64,000 nucleotides of DNA from Lama glama (GCA_028534125.1 CM052816.1:27344001-27408000), one strand, 5' to 3'; positions 26,660-38,830 are shown, numbered from the stretch's first letter. Program-made: numbers and translations. Notes: a model not told the origin generated them from the letters alone.

Positions 26660-27143
26660 CTAGATTGCAACAACAACAGGAAGTTGCTACAATTTTTTGC
26701 AGCTCTCTCTGGCCATAAGTGGCGTCTTTCAACACCCCTTGAATCTAGGGGTGACCTTGTGATTTGATTTGGCCAATATAAGGGTAGCAAATACAAGCAG
26801 AGGCTTAAAAATCACCCTGAACTGGGGTTTACTCTTTCGCTGCTCTTGAAACACTGGGTGACTGCCAGATGAAGCAGTCCAGGCTAGGCAGCTGGAGCAT
26901 GCGGGGCACATGCCCAGGCACCTGTTAACCTGGCCTAATAACTGCCAGACAGAAACGAGGCCATCCGAGATCATCCAAACTACCAGCTGGCTGAAGATAT
27001 CTGAGGAACTCAACCAAGAGCAGCAGAAGAACCACCTAGCTGAACCCAACTTGAGCTGCCGACCACAGTCATGAGCTGTAGGGGTTGTCTGAAGCAACTA
27101 CATCTGGGGGTGATTTGTTAGGCAGCAATGAATAACTGATAAA
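26660..27143 (+). mobile_element. MLT1 (F/G-like) MaLR LTR
   Basis: ccccttgaatctaggggtgaccttgtgatttgatttggccaat...aagcagaggcttaaaa...ggggtgatttgttaggcagcaatgaataactgata. Confidence 0.85.
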
Positions 27144-27181
27144 ATATCTAAGCTGATTTGGTTACTTTCTTCTAGAATTGC

Positions 27182-27298
27182 TTTTTGGGGGGGTAATTCG
27201 GTTTATTTATTTATTTATTTTTAAATGGAGGTACTGGGGATTGAACCCACAACCTTGTGCATGCTAAGCATTCCGCTACTGAGCTGTATCCTCCCCCC
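27182..27298 (-). mobile_element. Camelid-type tRNA-derived SINE
   Basis: Reverse complement reads gggggaggatacagctcagtagcggaatgcttagcatgcacaaggttgtgggttcaatccccagtacctccattt plus a (TAAA)n tail; Pol III A/B-box-like motifs. Confidence 0.9.
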
Positions 27299-29424
27299 AA
27301 CCCAGGAATTCCTTTTCAATTACTACTCAATGTCTTGGACACTCAATTATGAAATATCTTTTTTCATATTTTGTACCCTTATTTAATTTTTCATGTGTCC
27401 TATTCACCCCCTTGTAAGTTCCATGTGAGAAGACACTGCATGTTATTTTTATGACCCATGTATGTACAGAGTGAATGCATAATGACTATTTAGGAATCAA
27501 TCAGTACTTTTCCAGGGGCCCAGCCGTGAGTCATAGCAATCAACATTCATCATTTCCACATATATTTTGATCATTAACTTTAAAAGCTTAAAAAAAGAGA
27601 TGATTAGGTGCAAACCATAAAATATAAAATCTAGTTATCTAACCCATATAAAGTATAAAATCATGCAGGGTGCATATCACATAAGTAACCATTTCATTGA
27701 TTCATTTTCAGAAAATTACTTCTTATAAGCAGAATCCACACACCATCTAAGGAGCACAAGGAAACAAGTATATAAAGGTAAAAGTTTCACAGAAGCAAAT
27801 GTTTGATTTCCACCAGGAAATTATTTTTCTCCCAAAACACATATTTCTCCTTATGGTTTGCAACCCTAAGCTGACAGACTGCCAAAAACAAGGTTTCTAT
27901 TCTAAGAGTGTCACTGATTCTCTTGTTGCTGTTCAATTAGATTTTGCATTTAAAAGAGAAATTCCCTAGTGTTTCTCATAATGATGCACCTGCTCCTTGG
28001 GGGATGTCCTCTTTTGACAAGAAATGCCTTCAATCTGGCAAGAAAAATGGCTCCAGGCTTTCTCTGATAATATCAAAGATCATTTGTTTGTACTAGATGT
28101 TTATGTGGGTTTTCCTCTGCTTACGAGTGGTGAAGTACCGTTGCAGTTCCTTCCAGAACAACAGAGCACACAAAGTTTCCTGGCCTCTAATCTGCATTTC
28201 CACTGTACACCTGCATCAGAATAACTGCTCAGAAGCAACAAAGCTGTGACAGAGTAGACACAGAAATTCATTTGCTTCAATCACTTCCTTTTGGACATCC
28301 ATACACGGCAAATGTCAAATCAATAAATGCAGCATCATTTCAAATCTACCATCTTGTAACCTTCCCTCAGGAAATGCTAGGTATGGAGAAAATGAAGTTT
28401 ATATTCAAAATTGTATCCCTTTTTTTTTTAATTTTTTATTTCTAACTGAGAGGTCCAAAGATCCTTAAGAGAAGCACCACCTTCTTCCTGTTTCTCGACT
28501 TGGAGCTCCTATATATTTGGCTATGGGTAATCTTCAGTTAATACTGCCTTCCAGAGAGACTTCTGTGATGGTGACAAAAATGTCACACCTTTCCAAATAG
28601 TTTTAAGGACACCTTAAAGGTGTCTCCCTAGACTCTAACCAGGTCGAATGTAGTTTAACATTGAGATGCATCAGAAATACCCAACAGACATTCTCTCCCA
28701 GATGTGAACACATCAGCATACTGCTTTCCTACACCTTGGTCTCTTTGCCATTTACAATTTTAATATGTACAAATGAAATACAGATTTCAGCCCATTCCCA
28801 ATTGGGACGTCTGCTCCATAATAAGAGAAATAGGGTTTTGCCTTCCTGTCGATTCAGCAAGGAAAGCCATGCTTGAAAATTACGTGTTTAGAGTGACACC
28901 TTGGAGAACTGACGTACTCTGCACACATGTAATCCTCATAAACCTCCCCAGACAGCCCTTATTTCATTTTGCAAACTGCACCCTGGCTGGGATCCATAGC
29001 ACGTGGTGTGTGGTGAGACTGTCCTGCAATGGTTCTCCCTTCCTCTGGGCTCTGTGATGGGCACTTGTCAGTAAAAGCCAACAGGAGTGGGGCCCAACCA
29101 CCAGCAAGTGAAAAACCGCCACCAACAGTAAGCTTCCTTAACTAACTTTCCCAAGGAAAGCCTGTTCCCACAGGAAAAAACACCACGTTTCCCCCTTCCT
29201 AGCGGTCCATTGAAAATGAGCAACAATGCTATTGCCTTTTTGTTTCCTAAAGACTTTCTTCGCAGTGAGCAGTAGCGTGTTCCTCAAAGAATGCTAGTAT
29301 TTCCTGTGGAAACTGTATGGCTGCCAGTAATAGCTCATAATTTTCCCTCTTTTCTTTTCGTAAAAATGAAATAAACAAAACGTGGCATTTGACAATAGCC
29401 AAAATACCAGTTCACCTCACTTAC

Positions 29425-29800
29425 CACCTGCAGACGAAAGTCATCACCACGAAAGAAGGCCAAGAGAGAAACATTCCCGGCTACAAATGACACGGACGAG
29501 CCCGGGACGCAGGACAGCGCCAGAGGGTGGCGGTCGGTTCCCAGGCCAGGACAGGCAGCCAGGGAGCTGGGGGACGAGCGAGCGGCTCCCTTTGGGCAGT
29601 AACAACCCCAGGCGCCTGCTTTTGCGATTATTATTGTTGTTGGTACTGTTGCTACTACTGTTACTTCGCCCCTCGGTATCTCAGCTCTTAGGAGCCGCGG
29701 CACTGCCCATCCCTGCCTCCGATACGATCCGAGGTGGCAGCAAGAACAGTCACCACACGGAATGGACAAATAAAAAGAACAATCCTTTGGAAATTGAGGC
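29425..29800 (-). other. Candidate alternative non-coding first exon C (5' start approximate)
   Basis: Minus-strand donor GTG|GTAAGT (GT at 29424-29423), located where the island ends and AT-rich intron begins. Confidence 0.55.
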
Positions 29801-30065
29801 AGGGGCCGTTCCCCCCTCCCCCAAGGAGAGCAGCCGCTTGGCTGCCGCCGCCGCCGTTACTATAGAGACCTCCCCCCAAACCCTTTCTGCAGAGGCGCCG
29901 CCGCTTCTCGAGCAGCCCGGACTCGCGGCACAAAGGGGGCCCGGGGCTCCGGGGGGAGCCGGGGCGATACCCGCCCGGGTCGCCCAGTGCAAACTTGGAA
30001 AGGCTCAGCCGCCCGCGCCCCCGTCCCCCGCCTCCCCGCGGCGCCCGCCCCAGACCTGGACTCAC

Positions 30066-30215
30066 CCCGGGCTCTGGGCGCTGCGGCGGCTCCAAAGCGT
30101 GGACCGACCGACGGATGGACTGACGGACGGACGGACGGCAGCGGCGGGAGCTGAAACCTCCTCAGCAGAAGCGGGCTGGCGGCAGAGGCGCTGCCGCGGC
30201 CCCGCTACGTCACAA
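30066..30215 (-). other. Candidate non-coding first exon B (5' start approximate)
   Basis: Minus-strand donor GGG|GTGAGT (GT at 30065-30064) followed by intronic G-runs; CRE-like site at the upstream end; contains a degenerate (CCGT)n tract. Confidence 0.7.
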
Positions 30216-30566
30216 TGCGGCCGGGCCGCCGGCGCCGCTCCCCGGGCCCCCCAACGGGCGCGCGCGGGCGGGGGTAGCCCCGGGGCGGCGGGCGCGGAGG
30301 GACGCGGAGCGCGGCAAGGGCGCACCGCCGGGACCGGGGCGCGGCCACCACAACCCGGGCTGCCGGAGCTGCCGCGCCCTCGCGCTGCTGTGCGCCCGGC
30401 CCCCGCCCCCCGGCCCGCGAGCCCGCTCGGCCTGACTGACGGCGACCCTCCCCGCCCTCCCCGCGGCGGCCCCCGCGCGGCCCACGCCCCGGCAGCGCCG
30501 CCTCCTCGCCCCCCACCCCCGCCCACCCGCCGGCGCCGGTCCGAGAACCTGCTCTTTCTTCCTCAC

Positions 30567-30800
30567 CTTTCGCTCCTGTACCTCTGCTGCCTTCGCCGCT
30601 GCTCCACTGGCTTTCTCCTCCCTTCCCCTCCCCTCCTACTTTTTGCCCCCGCTTCCCTCATTCTCCTCCGCTCCCCCACCCTCCCTTAGTGCCTCTCCCC
30701 GCGAGATGAAGTCGCCCCTCACCGCGATCCCTGCGTCAGCCGCTGCCACCTCATTAGTCCCCAGACCATCCCGCGGTTCCAGCCTAAGCCGGGAAGAGTC
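30567..30800 (-). other. Candidate alternative non-coding first exon A (5' start approximate)
   Basis: Minus-strand donor AAG|GTGAGG (GT at 30566-30565), preceded by a purine-rich leader inside the island. Confidence 0.5.
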
Positions 30801-32381
30801 TCGGGAAGGAGGGAAGCGGAACGTGGGCACGGTCCTGGGAGACTGTTGTGCTTCAGAAGCTCCTGGCGGAGTGCTTTGCGTTGGCACCGAGTCTTCACCT
30901 CCAGCGTTCCCTTCCCTCCGCTCTCCACCCACCCCCCCCCCACCCCGCCCGCCGAGCTGCCCACCCTCGAGGACTTCGCCAAGGAGGGAAGGGCAAGGGG
31001 GCTTTGCCTGGAATGTTCTATGCTCAAGTGTGGGTGGTGGATGGAGGAGACTTTGGTCTGAACTAATGGCTTTTTAATTCAACAACCTTTAATACACCGA
31101 CGGCCCTGCAGTAATATTAACTTCGCTCTTAGCGTCTCTTTGTTAATTGGGAGCGGGTGGGGAGCTGCTGGATGAGACATCGGCAAGTCAGCAGTGATGA
31201 CTGCCTCTTTCCTTATTTCCGAGATGAAATTAGGAGGAGTGGAAGCATTTATGCTAACATTGGCTCAGCATCATCTCGCTTTTGCCCTTTGGAAAGCTTT
31301 AAATGGGTTTTAAGAAATCTCTTTCCCGGGAGAGATGTCTGTGAGAAGCTCACTCAGCAAAGCCATGGAGGGCCACACTCTTGCTCCAGCGTGTGCCTGC
31401 TGGCCTGTTGCCCCTCCAGAAAAAAAGTGTGAGAAAGTAAGTTCTCCTCTGTCTGTTTAGGGGCGTCCTCATTCCCTCGCCAGTTCCAGAGGACACGAGT
31501 GGCGTCACAATGCTGGGAAATTAAGCCTTATCAGAGTTAGTGGCAATGGGGATGTGTGTCGTGTGTAAGACTGCCACTGAAAACATTACCAATAAAAAAG
31601 GAAGGACCTAGTTGTTTAAAAACGGCGGCGCCCTCAATGACCAGCGTAATACTGCCCGCAGTGCCTGTGTGATGCAGGGGCTGCTTTGTTGGCATTTCAG
31701 GAAAGAAGCCATTGTACTATTTGGAGGACATGGCATGAGGTAATCTTTGCCAAGGACATATCTGGACAAGTACGATAGTCACTGAAATGAGGACTACCTT
31801 GAAGGCCAGCAGAAGACATTTCACATGCTTTTAATACATTTCCTACTGAGAAACTAAATTTCTCTCTGCTTTCTGACATAAACAGCCAAAAGCATGTTCT
31901 GCAGTGTTGTAATTTGTTTATTGTAATTTATCATATATAAGACTTTAAGTACATACATGGAAAGTGGCTTTGCATTTTTAAAAATACACATCCCTCAGAA
32001 AATATAAAATCAGATGACATCATATGGCACTAAAAATACTTGAAAATATTGGGTTTAATTCTTTCACATCTGGTTAAAATAAAAATGCCTTTTTTTTTCC
32101 GCCTCATATAAACTCAGAGAAAAGCACATCTTGCTTCTATCCAGTAGATATTGATGGAATTGGTGTCACCCTCAATATGTTCTATACACAACATTCTTTT
32201 ATTACCATCCTCTCAAATATTTTGAGAGCCTGCTTTTTAAAAATCAAAATTTAACTTATTGAAGAAGTAATTTTTTGAAGAATTATAAGTGGACATCTCC
32301 TTCCAACTGCCCAAACATCTTAGCTGTAACAGTGAACCAGGTGTTAACTCAGTGTAAATGGTACAACAAGAAAACAGGCTT

Positions 32382-32478
32382 GGAACTGGGCATAGCTCAG
32401 TGGTGGAGCCCATGGTTAACATGTGTGAGGTCCTGTGTTCAATCCCTAGTACCTCCATTAAAAACAACAACAACAAAA
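32382..32478 (+). mobile_element. Camelid-type tRNA-derived SINE
   Basis: gggcatagctcagtggtggagc...gaggtcctgtgttcaatccctagtacctccatt plus an (AAC)n tail; decayed TSD aagaaaacaggctt/aaaagaacgagctt. Confidence 0.9.
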
Positions 32479-33704
32479 GAACGAGCTTGATTATGCTGCA
32501 TGGATAGAAATTGAGTGGCCCCAGGAAAGAAAATTATCTTTTTGTGCAGCCAAAGGAATAGCATACTGTATTCTAAAAGAGCAATCTCTGAGATGTTTCA
32601 GATATTTTCTTGTTTTTTATAGTTCTTTTGTTATGGTTTATTCTGTTGCTAACATGTTTTTGATTACATATTTACCATTGTTTCCATGTGATTATTTTTA
32701 CACTGTGATTTTACACTTTCCCACATAAGCGGTAAGTTTGCTTTTACTTGGACTGTTTGTTGGTTTGCTTCTCCTGTGCAAAGTCCTGCCAAATCCTAAA
32801 CCACAGTATTGATATACCGAAGTGTGGAAGTAGTGAAGTAATTGGGTTGAAACAGAGCTGCTAGATTTTAGATTGGATGGCAAAAAAGCCAGCTTCCTCA
32901 ACACAACATTGACTTTTAACTGCTCTCCCTAGTTCTTCAGTCACTTCTTATTACCAACTAGTCTCTGATAGCCAGTTTTCTATTCAAGCAACTGCCTCTA
33001 TAGGCTAGTTAGTACCAATGGACTAGTTTAGCAGCCATAACCACTAGATGATTTACCCCTTTTTAGAATTCCCATGCCTGTCACAGCATGGAGTGTGCAC
33101 TTAGCATTGTTCTGCTTCATGTCCATTTCTTATCCCCTCCCATTCAATTCTCAGTTCCCATCAAGTGCCAGGGAGTTCATACTACTCATATTTGGATCTT
33201 CGACACAGCAGATTTTTATATTCAAGAGTTAGCTACTGAAAATAATTAGTACAGAAGTTCATTCCACTGTATATCATCTGCCAAAGAGCTGCCATGTAAT
33301 TATTCATTCAATTATTACAATTAAACATCTGCTTCTTTCTTTTTACCCAGTTTCCATAATATTTCTTTATTGTGCTACAGAAATTGGATAAGCCTGCTAC
33401 AATACTGCCAGTGATCAAGCAGACACTATTTTTTTTCCTATTCTTTAAGTGTAGACTTGCTTAATAAAACATCCAACTCTGTATTAAAAGCTCAGATTTT
33501 CAATTCTCATTGCAGAGTCTGGATCATTAAAGACAGCCCTGTTTGAGATCCTTTCTGACTTCTGGTTGGGCCTTATCATTCAGTTGGGTCAGACTGTTCT
33601 TTTATTCTGGCGTCAAGTTTGCTTCATTTGCTGTACAAATTTATATAAGTAATTATAAGCTATGTATATCAAGAATATGATCACACTTCTTATACAAATG
33701 TGAT

Positions 33705-34095
33705 TGTATCAGTCATGATAGGTTAGGTTATGGTGTGGTAATAAACACTCATGCAACAACAACCTGAAACTTCCATATATTATTTCAAATGTATTTCTTG
33801 TTCTTGCTATGTGACAGTTCCAGGTCAGCTGCATCTCTGCTTCATGTCTTTTTCACCTTAAGATTCAAGCCTAATGAAACAGCCACTAACAACAATATTG
33901 CTGATCACTCTAGCGGGGGAAAGAACTTGAGGGTCTTATACCAGGAATTAAATGTTCCAGCTCAGAAGTCACACAAGTCACTTCTGCTCACAAATCATTG
34001 GCCAGAATGAGTCATGTGGTTCCACTACTCACAAGAGGACAAGGAAATGCATTCTACAATATACCCAAATATTTGGTAAATAATAAGATGAAGAG
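33705..34095 (-). mobile_element. MLT1 (I/J-like) MaLR LTR
   Basis: tgtatcagtcatgataggttaggttatggtgtggtaataaac...cagaagtcacacaagtcacttctgctcacaaatcattggccagaatgagtcatgtgg. Confidence 0.8.
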
Positions 34096-35441
34096 GGATG
34101 AACTTACCATACTTCACTGTAGATCTTATAAAACAGGAGAAATTTCTCCACGTATTTTACAAAAAGCCATTGAGCTGAAGTATGGAAGTAGATGAGGAAC
34201 AGAAATCTAAATTCTATAGCAGTTGTAATTTCTGAAATAACCACAAAATCAAAAGCAAAGCAATGTAACAAAGAATGATTAGAAGCCCAGTTTTTGAACA
34301 TTTTTGAGTTTCACAGAGAAAGGAATGATTATAGAAACACAAGGGTTTACCCAGTTTTGCACCTGGTTTTAGGACATGCTCACTCATTCTCCCTGCCTCC
34401 TTTCCCCAGAACACACTTCCTTATCTTTGATTTCTTTAGACAATACTCATCTTTGCTGCACCTGTAGGTCTTAGTGTATCTGAGCTGAGTGTGACTAGGA
34501 ATTTATCATTCCTCGCCTGATCTGTTTTCTATGGTCATTTCTTCACTTTCTAGTGATTTTTCCCTTCAATATTTCTTCTTTTTTCTCTTCTTGGAGCAAG
34601 TTGTAGCCTTTTGCTTAATCTTAGCACTTCTTATAAAGTTAGATTTGGGGAGAATAAAGTTAGAATATAGCAACCTAAAGATTTGGTATAGAAGAAATTT
34701 TATGCATTGTTAATCTGATTCACTGAGATTATCCTGGGATACTGTGCTTTATGTGTTTTTACAGGTCATTGGAAATTTTGTTGTTGGTATTTTTAAATGG
34801 AAAAAATTAAACCATGTGCAAAAATACAATTAGATGAATGAGTGTCTTGCCATGTGTTCTGAGACAGCCTGGGGTAAAAACACAAAGAAACTATCTATGA
34901 GGGATTAAGGGGTTTTGGTAAATCAACTGATTTAGGACCAAGATCTTTCCCCTGTGCTTCTCTTCCGTAAAGAGCCACTAGCAGGGAGCAAAAGCTGCTG
35001 TAAAGCTGCTGGGATATCTAGAAGAACTCTGGATCCAAACTCTGTTCGGACAGGCAGTGTATACGTTTCACGGCTGGATTTAACTACATTTACTTTAACC
35101 TGGTAGTTGGGTCTCCGCAGGTTTATTCTGCCTGAGGTTGACTTGGGCTCACTCTTCACGTTGGCCCTGAAAGACCCTCTGCCTATTTTTAAGCCTCCTC
35201 TACACACCTTCAGTTTTGATTGAAAAGTGATATTTCAGCAGCAACCTGAGCCCAGTGGATTGGTCTCTTTTCCTAGGGATTCTACCCACATCGTCTTCAA
35301 TAGGTCACTTTTTCCTGGATACTTTTTATGGTAAGCCTTTTTTCTCCCAGGGTGACTCCATGCCTTCACATCTATTTGAATTGACTTCCTTTGGGTCATA
35401 TCACATCTCCCTGTTGGCGCCTCCAGTCTGAATTGGTTTGC

Positions 35442-36000
35442 TGTTACAATGGAGAAATCTGCCTGAGGCGTGTGCTCCCAGAAATCAGCAATGGTTGAAA
35501 AATACCGCTACCTTTTTGTGTTCTGGGAAATGGCTTACCACAGAGAGCCACGTCCCCATATGACTTGGATAGAACTCACCGTCCACTCTTTCTCACGACT
35601 CCATAAAATTTACACGTGACTCCCTTGTTTACCTACGTCAAAGCCAAACATAGACTTTTCCCTTTCTGCCTGAACATGCTGACAAGACCAGACACAGGCC
35701 CTCCAACTTCCCATTCTTTGTCTCATGAATGAAAAGCTGAGATTAGAACTGTGTCCCTCTGAAACTTGCTAGACACAGAGAAAAACATTTCCTGTTCAGC
35801 TAACTGACCTACACTTACCCTGATTAAAGAACAATTCCAAATGGAGTCAGCCCACCTGTAACTTGTCTGTTCATCCGTATAAAAGTCTAACACAACAGCA
35901 CCAGCAAAAACATTCTGATATTCAGATTTATGGTGCTCATACTATTCCAAACGCCTTAATAAAATCAATCGTACTTGTCTGGTATTTGTCTTTAATACCA
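35442..36000 (+). mobile_element. ERV1 solo LTR, MER34/MER39-like
   Basis: Starts TGT; tgacaagaccagacacaggccctccaacttcccattctttgtctcatgaatg; TATAAA at 35878 and AATAAA at 35958; ends near gtctttaatacca. Confidence 0.65.
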
Positions 36001-37889
36001 TCCTTTACCCCTTTTAAATTCTAGTCTCTTTTTTTCATCTTCATTAAAAGCTACTCTAGTCACTGATGTGAATTGATGTCGTGTATCTGTTACTGAACCA
36101 TAAAATGGTTATTTCTAAGCAGACTTTTACATCTAACATTTTATCTCTAAAGGAAATTCTTAATACTCTACAACAAAAACTAAGGTGTGTTTAAAGCCTT
36201 TTGAATTGTACAGTCTTACTATTCAACTTTTTCTTAGATTTGCTTTTTCTATTGGTGAAATAAATAGCCCTCCTACATCAGAGGATTCAACTTAGTTTGG
36301 GATAAATGATCAGCATAATTGCTTTTAAAACATGACATGTGTATATAACAATCTCTTAGTCACTTAATATTCAGCCATGGCATACTCTATGCTATACCAT
36401 GGGATTAATATATTTTCCAGAGCTGCCAAATTAGTAATTTGCCTGCTAGGTTACGGTTCCAACTTGGGCCAATACGACAGATAATTTCTGAGATGCAGGC
36501 CCAGGATGGGTGGTTTCAACAACTGGTGTACCTCACAGATTAAAGACTTCTTAATAGAGAAGGAGGGGGAGAGAGAGACAGAGAGAAAGAGAGAAAGAGA
36601 CTCTCTCAAGGCATGACAACTATAGTTTCTCTCCCAGGAATGATTCTCTGATACAGGCCAATATGCATAAAACCAAACATTATCTCAGACCATCTGATCC
36701 TGACTGCAAATTGTCCTGCTTTTTTTTTCCATTTGCAAGGGAAAAAAAGAAAACTCACTTAAGATTGGAAAACTATGGCTGGGAGGTCTTGTAAAGTTCA
36801 TATTCTGTAAACATGGAGTATCTGTAGGCAAGGGCACATTTAGACACCAGAGGTTTCACATGTGTGCATAAACATTAAATCTCTAACTGGAGGTTTCGGT
36901 ATTTGGAATGAATTTGATGAGGTTGTCTTAAAAAGGAGCGGGGGTCAGCTGAGCATGGTGAAATGATCTGAAGAGGAATGTTCAACTTCTGAACACCATG
37001 CCATGTTCACAAGGACCTGTCCCAGAATATGAAACCTATGAAAATGCATTCCATTGATTACTTACCAATTGTAACCAAACTATATGTATAATTGCACCTG
37101 TTCCTATAGGCAACTACAAAGTCTCTCATCTACATTTTCATAATGATTTTACTATAGCATCTAATCTGTGCTTTGAATACTACTATGATATATATGTGCT
37201 TGGATTCAGAGTTTCTGTTGCCTTTACAAGTAATTTACCTTTTTTCTCACCTGTTCTACCTCAACACCAAAAACATGCACTGGGAGATGGTTGGACAGCT
37301 CTACAGATGATGCTCATGACTATGAAATGGAATAAAGTGATTTAGATTTTGTGAGGATTAAAGCTATAAATGGGCTGGTCTCTGACTTTATCTTTAAGCA
37401 GCTTCTAGTGGATTAATAGAACAGAAACTTTTCCCCTTGGATAAGCCATGCAAAGACAGTAAAATTGGTGACCTCTAAGTAGCCGAAGAAAGCTGTCAGT
37501 GAATGGAATGCACAAGTAATTATAATCCCCACTGTTCCAAACCAGAATAAATCCTATTTCCAAACAGCTTTTGGGAAGAAAGACTAGTTCTGAAAATGAA
37601 GTAAGATTTTTCAATCCTCTTAGATATGACTGTCTTGTGAGTTTTACTTTCTTCCACAAATTTATAGCTTCCAGTTTCCAGTTCCTTGGGCTGGGGACAT
37701 ATGGTCCTCTTTAGAAGAAAACAAGGAGAGAAAAGCTAAATGCATATTGAACTGGATGAGAAAAGCTGACGGCTGATGAAAAACGGTCCTTGTAAATCAT
37801 GGGAAATGTTTTAAAGGTGGTTTGTGGGAAGAACAGAGAAAGATGTAATTGTTGATAGACTAAATGCTTTTAAACTCAAAGTCCAAGGC

Positions 37890-38090
37890 AGCCCTGCTGT
37901 ATAGAGGTTAAGCACTCTGATCTAGGAGTCAAACTCGCTGGGTTTAAATCCCAGCTTCCTTTCATACCTTTCAAAGTTACCTAATGCGTCCAGGCCTCAG
38001 TTTCCACAGCTACAAAGTGGGATGTTAACAGTGCCCACTAGAAATATTGTTATTCGAATTAAATAAGCCAATATTCTATGAAAACTTAAA
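37890..38090 (+). mobile_element. MIR SINE
   Basis: gaggttaagcactctga...ctgggtttaaatcccagctt...ggcctcagtttcc...aaagtgggatgttaacagtgcc. Confidence 0.8.
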
Positions 38091-38527
38091 ATTGAACACA
38101 TCACAATAATAGTATGTCCTGAATTCCTATATGGTATGTGTATAGTTGTCCACAACCCTACTTTTATTATAATCATTTAGATTATGTGAAATATTATTTA
38201 GAAAGCTTTTCTGTTCGTGTTTAAGTATTTCCATTGGTTCTCTGACAATTTAAAATTTAAAACAAATTATATCCTCTACTTTGATATTTAACTTTGGTTT
38301 GTAAATAGCATTTAATGTTCTATCCAGACCTCCAATGGTGATTTGACTAAGAATTCAAGAGCAGATGAAGAGAAAGTATTTTTTAAAAATCGAAACATTT
38401 TTAGTGAGTGGCATATCATCAGCATTTAACTCTAGGGCTGTCAATATGATTTTGATACGTTTACATTAAAGTGATATAAGTGGAAAATACTGTTCGTGGC
38501 AAAATGTAAAGTATCTTGTCACACACT

Positions 38528-38830
38528 TATTCAGCAAATATTTTTGAGCACTTGCTGTGCACTGGGCACTGTGTGAGTTGTTAGGATATACTGGAGTGGA
38601 CAGAACAGAGACATCAGACTGACCTTATAGACAGTCAATAAACAAGTATATTTCAGTGTTGACAAGAGCTCTGAAGGCAAAAACAGGTTGCTGGCGAAAA
38701 ACAAACGATCTAATACAATGTTGGGTGATCGGGGAAGGCCTCTGAAGTCTGAAGAAAGAAAAGAGGCCAACCATTGACTAGTGGGATGAGAAGAGCTCCA
38801 GGCAGAGGAAACAGCTTGCTCTGAGTATCC
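38528..38830 (-). mobile_element. L2a 3' fragment
   Basis: tattcagcaaatatttttgagcacttgctgtgcactgggcactgtg...ggggaaggcctctg...tccaggcagaggaaacagc. Confidence 0.8.

Larger units (their letters stand above)
1..30800 (-). other. SGMS1: 5' portion (non-coding exons and introns) of a minus-strand gene that continues past the left edge; tentatively sphingomyelin synthase 1
   Basis: CpG island with three minus-strand consensus donors, plus a 97-nt exon with strong splice sites ~26 kb downstream and stops in all frames. The symbol rests on recalled architecture (several alternative first exons, long multi-exon uORF-rich 5'UTR, short exon 2 tens of kb downstream, gene-free upstream flank), not on any coding match. 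The transcription unit is more certain than its name. Confidence 0.45.
29440..31010. promoter_or_regulatory. CpG island promoter
   Basis: Very GC-rich with dense CpG (e.g. cgggcgcgcgcgggcggggg). GC box ccccgccccc at 30401-30410; CRE/ATF-like GTGACGTA (minus, 30206-30213); TGACGCA (minus, 30732-30738). Sharp contrast with the AT-rich, CpG-poor flanks. Confidence 0.95.

Noticed and set aside
29382..30689. 435-aa plus-strand ORF and the overlapping 100-150 aa ORFs on both strands
   Set aside because: It starts at GTG, is Pro/Ala/Arg/Gly low-complexity, and is what a stop-poor CpG island produces. There is no recognisable domain, and the poly-Leu run comes from a cryptic triplet repeat.
32382..32460. 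tRNA-like sequence (also 27225-27298)
   Set aside because: It has an A-rich tail and TSD-like flanks and lacks a full cloverleaf, so it is a SINE rather than a tRNA gene.
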